Source: a virus. From it: a stretch of DNA of 64,000 bases. The notes beneath the pieces are model-generated. The model was not told the DNA's origin and searched no databases. It saw only the letters and a program-made list of their open reading frames with translations. Position numbers and translations under genes: made by a program. Below, in pieces: positions 28,803 through 36,476 of the stretch (its first letter is position 1; each line of letters begins with the position of its first letter). The DNA lies in IMG/VR virus record IMGVR_UViG_3300048999_000192, positions 64,001-128,000 of that record; one strand, given 5' to 3'.

Positions 28803-29291
28803 GTGCTCGACGGACTGACCGTGGCCTATGCCGGGCAGCCGGGTGACCTCCAGCCCGGGGACCGTGGTGAGGTGCTCAGCGCCGACTATCAGTACGCCCA
28901 CGTGCTTTGGCACACCGGGGCGCTGACCGGTCAGGTCCGTCTGCACGACACCGGTGATCTCGACCTGAGCCCCTCCATGGTCTCGCCGGTCGCCCGCCAT
29001 ATCGAGGCGAGCCTGGACGACTCCCTGGAGGTCGGCTCGATCGAGATCACCTCGGCCCGCCAGACCTATGACTCCTCAGGCCCGGCGGGCGTACTGGAGC
29101 AGATGTCGCTGGGCGGCCAGCTCGACCAGCTCTCCGACATCGGGGACGAGGTCTACACTCTCGTGACGAGCCGGGTCAGGACGAGCCCGTACGTCCGCAC
29201 CATCACGGCCCAGCTCGATGAAGAAGAGGCCGAAGAGGTCGTGCGGATGACCTCGGCCGCGTTGCTCCAGGGCCTGCTGGCCGAGGAGTAG
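28803..29291 (+). CDS. Hypothetical protein (head module)
   Basis: AGGAG RBS; SH3-like N-terminus. Confidence 0.65.
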   Translation: MLDGLTVAYAGQPGDLQPGDRGEVLSADYQYAHVLWHTGALTGQVRLHDTGDLDLSPSMVSPVARHIEASLDDSLEVGSIEITSARQTYDSSGPAGVLEQMSLGGQLDQLSDIGDEVYTLVTSRVRTSPYVRTITAQLDEEEAEEVVRMTSAALLQGLLAEE

Positions 29292-29315
29292 CGCCCGATC
29301 TCCCCCGGAGGACCT

Positions 29316-29471
29316 ATGACCAAGTGCATGTACGACAGCTCGATCACCTGCGGCAAGAACTGCAGCAACTGCCCCGGCGGTCGGGCGCGGGTGCAGGTCG
29401 TCCCGTATCGCAAGTCGCGCTGGAGCATCGACGCCGTCTGCGTCGAGGTGGGCGTGTTCGAGCTCCGCTAG
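29316..29471 (+). CDS. Cys-rich micro-protein with DUF397-like motif (51 aa, not in ORF track)
   Basis: GGAGG RBS; ...VPYRKSRWSIDAVCVEVGVFELR. Confidence 0.6.
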   Translation: MTKCMYDSSITCGKNCSNCPGGRARVQVVPYRKSRWSIDAVCVEVGVFELR

Positions 29472-29480
29472 GCTCGGGTC

Positions 29481-29570
29481 ATGATCGTCATCACCGAACC
29501 GTTCCGCAAGAGCGAGATCTCCTCCCAGGGCGCTGACTGCGTCGAGGTGGCTCGCGCCGAAGTACGCTGA
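29481..29570 (+). CDS. DUF397-like micro-protein (29 aa, not in ORF track)
   Basis: MIVITEPFRKSEISSQGADCVEVARAEVR; followed by a hairpin terminator. Confidence 0.6.
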   Translation: MIVITEPFRKSEISSQGADCVEVARAEVR

Positions 29571-29623
29571 CGAGCGGTTGAGCCGTCCTCCTGCCTTTGT
29601 GCCTGCGTCAGGGAGGGCGGCTC

Positions 29624-29680
29624 AATCATTTTATTTTCTTCCCCTCTGGTGTTCCACTCCAGGTTTTCTTGGAGTAACGT
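29624..29680 (+). promoter_or_regulatory. Early-type promoter/operator inside structural module
   Basis: AATCATTTTATTTTCTT; CTCCAGG-TTTT-CTTGGAG; TAACGT. Confidence 0.65.
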
Positions 29681-29707
29681 GGCTGAAGCCACGATCGAAA
29701 GGACACC

Positions 29708-30061
29708 ATGGAGACCGTTCCCCACATCGTCGACAGCCTCGCCGTCGAGCGGAAGATGGACATGGTCATCGACGTCTCCGGCCAGCCGGACGTCACCGAC
29801 ACCATGAACCGCCGCAAGGTCCTCCCGCAGAAGCTGCTCCTCACCTATCGCCAGGAGGGCCTGGACGTCCCCGTCTCCCTGTGGCACGTGATCGTGCGCG
29901 GCCCCCTCCGCCTCAGCGCGGGCACCCTGTCCAAGGTCACCACGCACGACGTCAACAGCTACTTCTGGAAGCTGGAGGCGGACGAGCTGGAGGAGCTCGA
30001 CCATCGGTTCCCGGCCTGGGTCCGGGCGCTGGTGGAGGAGTACTGGCCCGCCACCATCTGA
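29708..30061 (+). CDS. Hypothetical protein
   Basis: AAAGGA RBS. Confidence 0.7.
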   Translation: METVPHIVDSLAVERKMDMVIDVSGQPDVTDTMNRRKVLPQKLLLTYRQEGLDVPVSLWHVIVRGPLRLSAGTLSKVTTHDVNSYFWKLEADELEELDHRFPAWVRALVEEYWPATI

Positions 30062-30104
30062 GCCATCCCTGGAGATCGGCCCCCGCTACCGTCCGGCGGG
30101 GGCC

Positions 30105-30161
30105 GATCATTTTATTTTCTTCCCTCAGGTGGTTCCCTCCCCACAATCCTTGGAGTAGGGT
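30105..30161 (+). promoter_or_regulatory. Early-type promoter inside structural module
   Basis: GATCATTTTATTTTCTT ... CACAATCCTTGGAG-TAGGGT. Confidence 0.65.
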
Positions 30162-30194
30162 GGGGGTACACACCGAGAGAAGGGGCCACAAAAG

Positions 30195-30416
30195 ATGGCG
30201 AACCTGAGCCGGAAGAACTACACCGAGATCGCCGAGGCCGTCGGCATCGAGCGTCGCGCGGTGAGCGCCAGTGACCGCGAGGGCTACACCCGCGAGGAGG
30301 TCGCCGAGATGCTCGACGCGATCTCGACCCGCCTCGCCCGCGCGATGACCGGCACCAACGCCCAGTTCAACCGCCCCCGCTTCCTGGAGGCCTGTGGCGT
30401 GGAGGAGGGCAAGTGA
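30195..30416 (+). CDS. Hypothetical phage protein
   Basis: LSRKNY..IAEA..N..FNRPRFLEACG pattern. Confidence 0.7.
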   Translation: MANLSRKNYTEIAEAVGIERRAVSASDREGYTREEVAEMLDAISTRLARAMTGTNAQFNRPRFLEACGVEEGK

Positions 30417-30790
30417 GCTCCATCGTCATCGAGGTCCCCGAGGACCTGGAGACCGTCCTGGTCGAGGACCTGTTCCGCATCCAGGACGAGGACACCCGCC
30501 ACGCGATGGTGCACAAGCGGGCGAACAACCCCGACCTGTGCCCCGAGTGCCGGGCCTATGTCCAGGCGATGCGCCAGGTGATCGAGACCCGGCGGCTCTC
30601 CCCCAAGGGTCAGGCGATCGAAACGGCCGCCATCGCGCTCTACCGCCAGGAGGTCGGCTTCGAGTCCTTCGCCGCCGCCAGCCGGGTGTGGTCGTACCGT
30701 GCGGACCAGCACGAGGCCTACCGCAGCCGGGCTCGCGAGATCTTCACCCTCACCGACCCCATCTTCCCGATCTACCGCGCGGAGGACTGA
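30413..30790 (+). CDS. Hypothetical protein
   Basis: GTGA-coupled. Confidence 0.65.
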   Translation: MSSIVIEVPEDLETVLVEDLFRIQDEDTRHAMVHKRANNPDLCPECRAYVQAMRQVIETRRLSPKGQAIETAAIALYRQEVGFESFAAASRVWSYRADQHEAYRSRAREIFTLTDPIFPIYRAED

Positions 30791-30792
30791 TC

Positions 30793-31041
30793 ATGAAGAC
30801 CACCGAGACCCCCGCCCAGCGCCCGCTCCGCGAGATCGCCGCCGAGATCAAGGAGAACTGGAAGAACGTCTACTTCGGCGCGGTGCCCTACCTGGACGCC
30901 ATGGGCGGGCTGGAGGCGATCGACGGCTACTTCGGGGTCGATGACGCCCGCACGATCGTCCGCTACTTCCTCTCCAACGCCGCCACCTGGCGGGGTGAGA
31001 CCGCCCGCCGCGTCAAGGCCGAACTAAAGGCGATGCTCTGA
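30793..31041 (+). CDS. Conserved phage hypothetical protein
   Basis: RPLREIAAEIKENW..FGAVPYLDAM..YFLSNAATWRGETARRVKAELKAML. Confidence 0.75.
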   Translation: MKTTETPAQRPLREIAAEIKENWKNVYFGAVPYLDAMGGLEAIDGYFGVDDARTIVRYFLSNAATWRGETARRVKAELKAML

Positions 31042-31043
31042 TC

Positions 31044-31355
31044 ATGGAAAAGTTCCTCAAGCTCCAGCCCTCCCCGCGTGTCGACAACATCGTGGACGGC
31101 CACGAGATGACCCAGCTCCCCTACCCGTTCTTCGTCGAGCAGGACGGCACCGTCCTGCATCCCGACACCGTGCAGGCGGTGCGGGCGCTGGGCTTCCAGA
31201 CCGACCTGGCCCGGCACGAGGTCGACCTTCTCTGGGATGAGATCTGGGAGCACCCGGAGCTGGCCGTCGGCAAGTACCTGGTCTCCACTACCCCCGACGG
31301 CGGCATGGGTGTCCACACCATCGCCATCGACACCGCCGAATTCATCGGGGGGTAG
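31044..31355 (+). CDS. Hypothetical protein
   Basis: ORF, high GC3. Confidence 0.65.
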   Translation: MEKFLKLQPSPRVDNIVDGHEMTQLPYPFFVEQDGTVLHPDTVQAVRALGFQTDLARHEVDLLWDEIWEHPELAVGKYLVSTTPDGGMGVHTIAIDTAEFIGG

Positions 31356-31359
31356 CGCC

Positions 31360-31602
31360 ATGATCGAGCTGGAGATCGGGGAGGAGGTCGAGATCTACTT
31401 CGACAACTACAACCGTTACTCCGACCCCACTCTGGAGGGGATCGGCACGGTGACCAAGGTCGTCAAGGGCAGCGTGTTCATCGAGTGGCCGTCGGGACAG
31501 ATCAAGTTCTCCCGCACCTTCCAGCGCAGCCAGGACGCCTACCAGGGCCGGTTCTTCCGCAAGGCGGACCAGAACGTTCGCTTCGCCCAGCATCGCGGCT
31601 GA
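31360..31602 (+). CDS. Hypothetical protein (SH3-like)
   Basis: LEIGEEV..GTVTKV pattern. Confidence 0.6.
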   Translation: MIELEIGEEVEIYFDNYNRYSDPTLEGIGTVTKVVKGSVFIEWPSGQIKFSRTFQRSQDAYQGRFFRKADQNVRFAQHRG

Positions 31603-31605
31603 CAA

Positions 31606-31642
31606 GCTGTCCACGAGCCCCACCACACCCCGAAAGGGTGGA
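31606..31642 (+). promoter_or_regulatory. Putative late promoter (variant)
   Basis: GCTGT-N21-GAAAGGGTGGA. Confidence 0.6.
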
Positions 31643-31653
31643 GGTGGGGCTTC

Positions 31654-34600
31654 GTGCGTCCTGGGGAAGAGTCGGCTCGGTCCGACGCTGGCAAGCAGAC
31701 CGTCTGGCCGGTCGCTGTCGGCGGCGGCCTGGTGGACATGTGCGCCCACCACAAGACGATCCACGAGGGGCACTCCAACCTCGCCAACCAGATCGCCGCC
31801 CAGACCGGCCTGGCGCAGGAGGAGCACGAGGAGCTCACCCCGCACACCGGCACCTGCGTGGAGTGCAAGCGCCGCGCGGGCAAGGGCGAGCTGATGCACT
31901 CGCTCGACTCGGCGCTGCCGACCGGATATCGCAAGAAGCAGGATCAGAGCGACCGTACGCCCCGCAGGCCGTTCGAGCCGGGCAAGACCCGCACCAAGCC
32001 CCTGGAGCCCCTCCCGCCGTCTCTGAACGCCGTGCAGGCCTCCTCCGAGGAGATGCGCCCGCTGCCGGGAGCGCTCTACCACGTCACCACGGCCCGGGAC
32101 GCGGTGCTGGCCCACGGCCTGAAGAACCGCACCGAGCTCGGCCAGCAGTACGGCCACGGCCTCGGTGGCGGCCGGGACGACACGATCTCCCTGACGACCC
32201 ACCGGCCGACGGCCGAGCACCTGCTGCACTCCCTGCACGAGTACCACGACGTGCTCAACGGCAAGATCAAGCTGGCCGACCTGAAGGAGAAGGCCCGGCA
32301 GGGAGTCGGGGCCGAGAAGCCCTATGACTACATGCTGAAGGACCACGCTGACGAGGATCTCGCCGCCGCCGACAAGGGCCGGGCGATCGAGCACCGGATG
32401 CACGACCGCTCCGAGGTGGGCGAGGACTGGAAGCCCCTGGACGAGGGCATGCATGGCACCGGCCCCCAGGGGGAGTACCACCTCCACATGGCCTGGGACC
32501 GGCCGCTGGACCGCTCGGAGCTGCTCCACAAGCGTGATGACGTCTACAAGAAGTTCTCCTGGGGGCGTCAGGGCGCGGGTGGTCACCCCGACCCCCTGTT
32601 CATCGCCAACGACCCCGGCGAGTTCGTCAAGAAGGACCCGGGCCAGTTCGCCCTGATGCACGTGCGCCCTCACGAGGGAGCGCACGGGATCCAGATGAAC
32701 GACCGCACCGAGGGCACCGACGCGGGGGAGTGGCGGGCGCTGTCGGGCAAGGATCTCCACGTCGTGCACCACGAGGGCCGAGAGGCCATCACGCCCCGTA
32801 CGGCCGCCGCTGACCACCACGTCTTCTATCACGTCACGGACAATCCGAACTTCGAGCTGAGCACCACCCACCGGCCGCACCTGAACCTGGAGGGCGGTGA
32901 GGACGAGCACCGCGAGCCAGGCATCCACATGGCTGACCACGAGGGCATCAACCGCTGGATGGGCACCGGCGGGTACATCAGGCCGTACATGGTGGAGCTG
33001 CACGCCCACCCCGAGCTCGACGACCACCCCGACACCGAGCACGGCTTCGCCCGCGAGCGTTACGTCCCGGCCAAGCACTACGACAAGCTGAAGGTCCACC
33101 GCGTGATCCCGCTCGACGCCTGGGACCGCGAGCAGGGCGGTTATGGCCACATGGAGCAGTCGCTGGGCTCGGAGTACGACACCGGCGCGCCCATCGCCAG
33201 CTCACACGAGGACCGGCCCTACCGGCCCCGGACGCCCTACACCGGCCCGGACGCCCGCGAGATGACACCGGAGCAGCACCAGCACCACACCGACCGCTAC
33301 GACCGGTTCATGAGCGACCGCATCAGCCGTCAGGCCGCCTCGTATCCGATCAAGTACACCCGAATGACCCAGAACGGGTACGAGGACGTCGAGGACGAGA
33401 TCGAGGGCCCGCTGTTCCACGGCAGCCGCTCCAAGCGCCTGCAGCCGGGCGACATGATCACCAAGGGCCGCAAGACCAATCCCTGGGGCGACCAGGGCCC
33501 CAAGAGCCAGACGGTCCACTTCACCGTGCACCACGACACCGCGCGGGACTACGCCGACCAGGCGGGCGGCCACGTCTATGAGGTCGAGCCGACGGGGGAG
33601 TTCAAGCACGACTACTCCGGCGGCGACTTCAAGACCGCGCACCCGCTGCGCGTCGTGCGCATGGTGCCGCGTTCGGAGTGGGAGGCCTCCAAGGAGGCCA
33701 GCCGCCGTACGGCCATGACTCCGGAGCGCCGCGCCGAGATCGAGCGCATCCGGCAGGAGCGCAAGAACCGTCCCCGCCGCCCGGCCGGTCAGCCGCGCGC
33801 CGACGCGTTCTCGCACCTGTTCACGCCGATCCCCGAGCACGAGCTGGAGGAGCAGCGCCAGGCGCGTATGCCCAAGCCCGAGCCGATCAACGACAAGACC
33901 TACTCGATCGGCGACGTCAGCAAGCACTACGAGTGGGAGGGCTTCGACCCGTACGAGATCGAGCACCTCGTGCATCACCCGGAGCACGCCCAGTTCACCC
34001 ACGAGGACGTGCCGGTGCACAGCCTGCGCCACATCACCGAGCACGGCGAGCTCGTCAAGCCGCCGTCCTACCGCGACATCGCCGACCAGGGGGATGACGA
34101 GCAGGAGCGGCTCGGGGAGCTGGAGCGCGGGCACGACGACGGCGCCCACATCCCGCCCATCGTCGTCGTCCGCCACGGCGAGCACCACATCATCGCCGAC
34201 GGCTCCCACCGGGCGGCCATCGCGGCCGAGCGCGGCCACACCCACATCCCGGCCTTCGTCACCGAGCGGACGATCATGCCCAAGACCGGTCGCATGGGCG
34301 ATGGCGGCCCCGACCCATTCGAGCGTACGGCCGCGATGCACAACCCCAACGCCAAGGCGGGGCAGGCCGAGGACGAGTGGTACCACGGCAGCCCGCACGA
34401 CTTCGACAGCTTCAGTGACACCGGGTCAAGTAACGACACCGAGGACCACGTCAACCACTGGAACGTGCTCCTGGGCAACCACTTCACTGCGACCCACAAC
34501 GTGGCGCATGACTTCAGCCTGGGCCTGCACCACGCCTCGGACGCGAACGGCAACGACGACGCCGAGGAGCCGCTGGGCCACGTCATCCACGCCAGGCTGC

Positions 34601-36309
34601 ACATCAAGCGGCCCAAGGTCTACAAGTCCGAGCACGACATGGACCAGGAGGTCCACGAGCACGAGGTGAAGCGCGGCAACCTGCTCGACCCGCACCTGCC
34701 CGAGACGCCGCACGAGGACGCCGACGATGACGAGTGGGACGACTACTACGCCGACGCCGGGCACGCGCGGGTCTACCGGGGTGACAGCCATGGGCCCTTC
34801 GGCCCGAACGAGCCGGACCCGAACGTGGCTCACGGCTTCCACCCCAAGGCGACCGGCTGGCTGAACCACCACCCGGACAAGGAGGGCATCGCCGCCCGCC
34901 ACAAGGCCCGGCTGATCAAGCAGGGCTACGACGGCATCGTCTACGGCAATGAGTTCGAGCGGGCCGACGCCGGGGGCAAGGAGAAGTCCGCCATCGCCTT
35001 CCATCCGCATCAGGTCGAGATCACCCAGCACCACTACGGCCGCACCGGCCAGTGCCTGAACCCCGAGGAGTGCGCCCGGCAGCGCGCGGCCGACCACGAC
35101 CCGGGCCAGCTCGCGCTACCCATGGAGCACACTTCGGCCCTGACGGCGGGCGGCGTCAGCCGTCTCGCACTGCCGCTTCCGGCGGAGTGCTGGAGCCGGT
35201 ACCGCTCGACTCTGGGCGACCGTACGGCCTCCTGGGACGACGATGACGAGTGGAGCGAGGACGAGACCTTCCACTGCCCGGCGTGCGGCGAGGACCATGA
35301 GGACGAAGAGACGCGCGACAACCACATGATGGCCCATACCGACTGGGACAGGGTGCATCCCAAGCTTCCCGACACCCTGCACCGGGGCATGGCCGTCTCG
35401 CTGCCGGACGAAGTCCATGACGTCGTCCACGATGAGTCGCGGCCGTCGGCCGAGCGGGCGCAAGCGCTGGCCGACCACGTCAAGAAGCGTGGGCTGGGCA
35501 TGCACTTCACGGACGACAAGCAGCAGGCCGCGCACTACTCGCACGTCTACCACCAGCCTGGCGACACCCACGTGATCGTGCACTCGCGCAAGCCGGACAT
35601 GCATCACATCGAGACCGACCCCGGTGAGCTCGAATCCCAGCAGGTCATCGGTTATGGCCAGCACGATGACAACGAGATCCCGATTCGCTCCGGCGCGCCC
35701 GTGCACGCCACCGGGATCTCCTGGAAGCACGAGGATCCCAAGGCCGACTGGCATACGCACAACTTCGGAAGGTCCATGGAAATGACCGCGATGCGCAAGC
35801 AGGCCCACGACAGCGGTGACGGTCAGCGGATCTTCCACTGCCCGTTCTGCGGTGCTGGCCAGGTGATCGCCCGTTCGGACGGCACCACCGAGTGCGAGTT
35901 CTGCCACCAGGCCTTCACGGTCCAGGTGCAGCCGCAGTTCAACAGCTTCCCGCAGACCGACCCGACCACCGGCCTGCCGATCATGATCCCGGGCATGCCG
36001 GGCCAGATCGATGCCCCTGGCACGCCGCCAGGGGCTCCAGGAGGCGCTCTGCCGCCCGGAGCGGACGAGGAGTCGGACAACCCGTTCGCGGCCGACAGCG
36101 GTGACGAGAGCGGCCCTCCCGGGGCCGATGACGGTGGGGACGACTCCGGCGATGGCGGGGACGATAACAAGCCGGACTTCCTGAAGGGCTCCAGCTTCCG
36201 GACGGCCTCGGGCGACCTGCTCACCGAGGCGGCCTACACCCGCCACCTCGCGCTGCGCTTCTCGGCCAACCCTGAGAAGATGATCGAACTGCTGCGGAGC
36301 GGGCGATGA
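31654..36309 (+). CDS. Polyvalent polyprotein with multiple ADP-ribosyltransferase-like domains, ParB/Srx-like domain and Zn ribbons
   Basis: LYHVT..ISLT; FYHVT..GIHM; LFHGS..VHFT..VYEVEPTG..PLRVV (Arr-like); IPPIVV..ADGSHR (ParB/Srx); WYHGS..GNHFT..GYDGIVY (ART-PolyVal-like); LHRG..GMHFTD..NEIPI; CPFCG..CEFC. Confidence 0.85.
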   Translation: MRPGEESARSDAGKQTVWPVAVGGGLVDMCAHHKTIHEGHSNLANQIAAQTGLAQEEHEELTPHTGTCVECKRRAGKGELMHSLDSALPTGYRKKQDQSDRTPRRPFEPGKTRTKPLEPLPPSLNAVQASSEEMRPLPGALYHVTTARDAVLAHGLKNRTELGQQYGHGLGGGRDDTISLTTHRPTAEHLLHSLHEYHDVLNGKIKLADLKEKARQGVGAEKPYDYMLKDHADEDLAAADKGRAIEHRMHDRSEVGEDWKPLDEGMHGTGPQGEYHLHMAWDRPLDRSELLHKRDDVYKKFSWGRQGAGGHPDPLFIANDPGEFVKKDPGQFALMHVRPHEGAHGIQMNDRTEGTDAGEWRALSGKDLHVVHHEGREAITPRTAAADHHVFYHVTDNPNFELSTTHRPHLNLEGGEDEHREPGIHMADHEGINRWMGTGGYIRPYMVELHAHPELDDHPDTEHGFARERYVPAKHYDKLKVHRVIPLDAWDREQGGYGHMEQSLGSEYDTGAPIASSHEDRPYRPRTPYTGPDAREMTPEQHQHHTDRYDRFMSDRISRQAASYPIKYTRMTQNGYEDVEDEIEGPLFHGSRSKRLQPGDMITKGRKTNPWGDQGPKSQTVHFTVHHDTARDYADQAGGHVYEVEPTGEFKHDYSGGDFKTAHPLRVVRMVPRSEWEASKEASRRTAMTPERRAEIERIRQERKNRPRRPAGQPRADAFSHLFTPIPEHELEEQRQARMPKPEPINDKTYSIGDVSKHYEWEGFDPYEIEHLVHHPEHAQFTHEDVPVHSLRHITEHGELVKPPSYRDIADQGDDEQERLGELERGHDDGAHIPPIVVVRHGEHHIIADGSHRAAIAAERGHTHIPAFVTERTIMPKTGRMGDGGPDPFERTAAMHNPNAKAGQAEDEWYHGSPHDFDSFSDTGSSNDTEDHVNHWNVLLGNHFTATHNVAHDFSLGLHHASDANGNDDAEEPLGHVIHARLHIKRPKVYKSEHDMDQEVHEHEVKRGNLLDPHLPETPHEDADDDEWDDYYADAGHARVYRGDSHGPFGPNEPDPNVAHGFHPKATGWLNHHPDKEGIAARHKARLIKQGYDGIVYGNEFERADAGGKEKSAIAFHPHQVEITQHHYGRTGQCLNPEECARQRAADHDPGQLALPMEHTSALTAGGVSRLALPLPAECWSRYRSTLGDRTASWDDDDEWSEDETFHCPACGEDHEDEETRDNHMMAHTDWDRVHPKLPDTLHRGMAVSLPDEVHDVVHDESRPSAERAQALADHVKKRGLGMHFTDDKQQAAHYSHVYHQPGDTHVIVHSRKPDMHHIETDPGELESQQVIGYGQHDDNEIPIRSGAPVHATGISWKHEDPKADWHTHNFGRSMEMTAMRKQAHDSGDGQRIFHCPFCGAGQVIARSDGTTECEFCHQAFTVQVQPQFNSFPQTDPTTGLPIMIPGMPGQIDAPGTPPGAPGGALPPGADEESDNPFAADSGDESGPPGADDGGDDSGDGGDDNKPDFLKGSSFRTASGDLLTEAAYTRHLALRFSANPEKMIELLRSGR

Positions 36310-36476
36310 AGGTCTGGGTCCTGGTCGACTTCACCGGCCCCTCCGGCCAGCGGTACACCAAAGGCAGCCAGCTCACCCTCCCCAATGACACGCCCGAGCA
36401 GCAGGCCTACGTCTCGTCACTGATCCGCTACGGCATCGTGACGACGGCCAAGCCCGCGACAGGAGCCACCACGTGA
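36306..36476 (+). CDS. Small hypothetical protein (56 aa, not in ORF track)
   Basis: ATGA/GTGA-coupled between polyprotein and portal. Confidence 0.65.
   Translation: MKVWVLVDFTGPSGQRYTKGSQLTLPNDTPEQQAYVSSLIRYGIVTTAKPATGATT

Noticed and set aside
33337-33690. Annotating a bona fide arr resistance gene
   Set aside because: It is one domain in a 1551-aa polyprotein with altered active-site residues; activity on rifamycins is unproven
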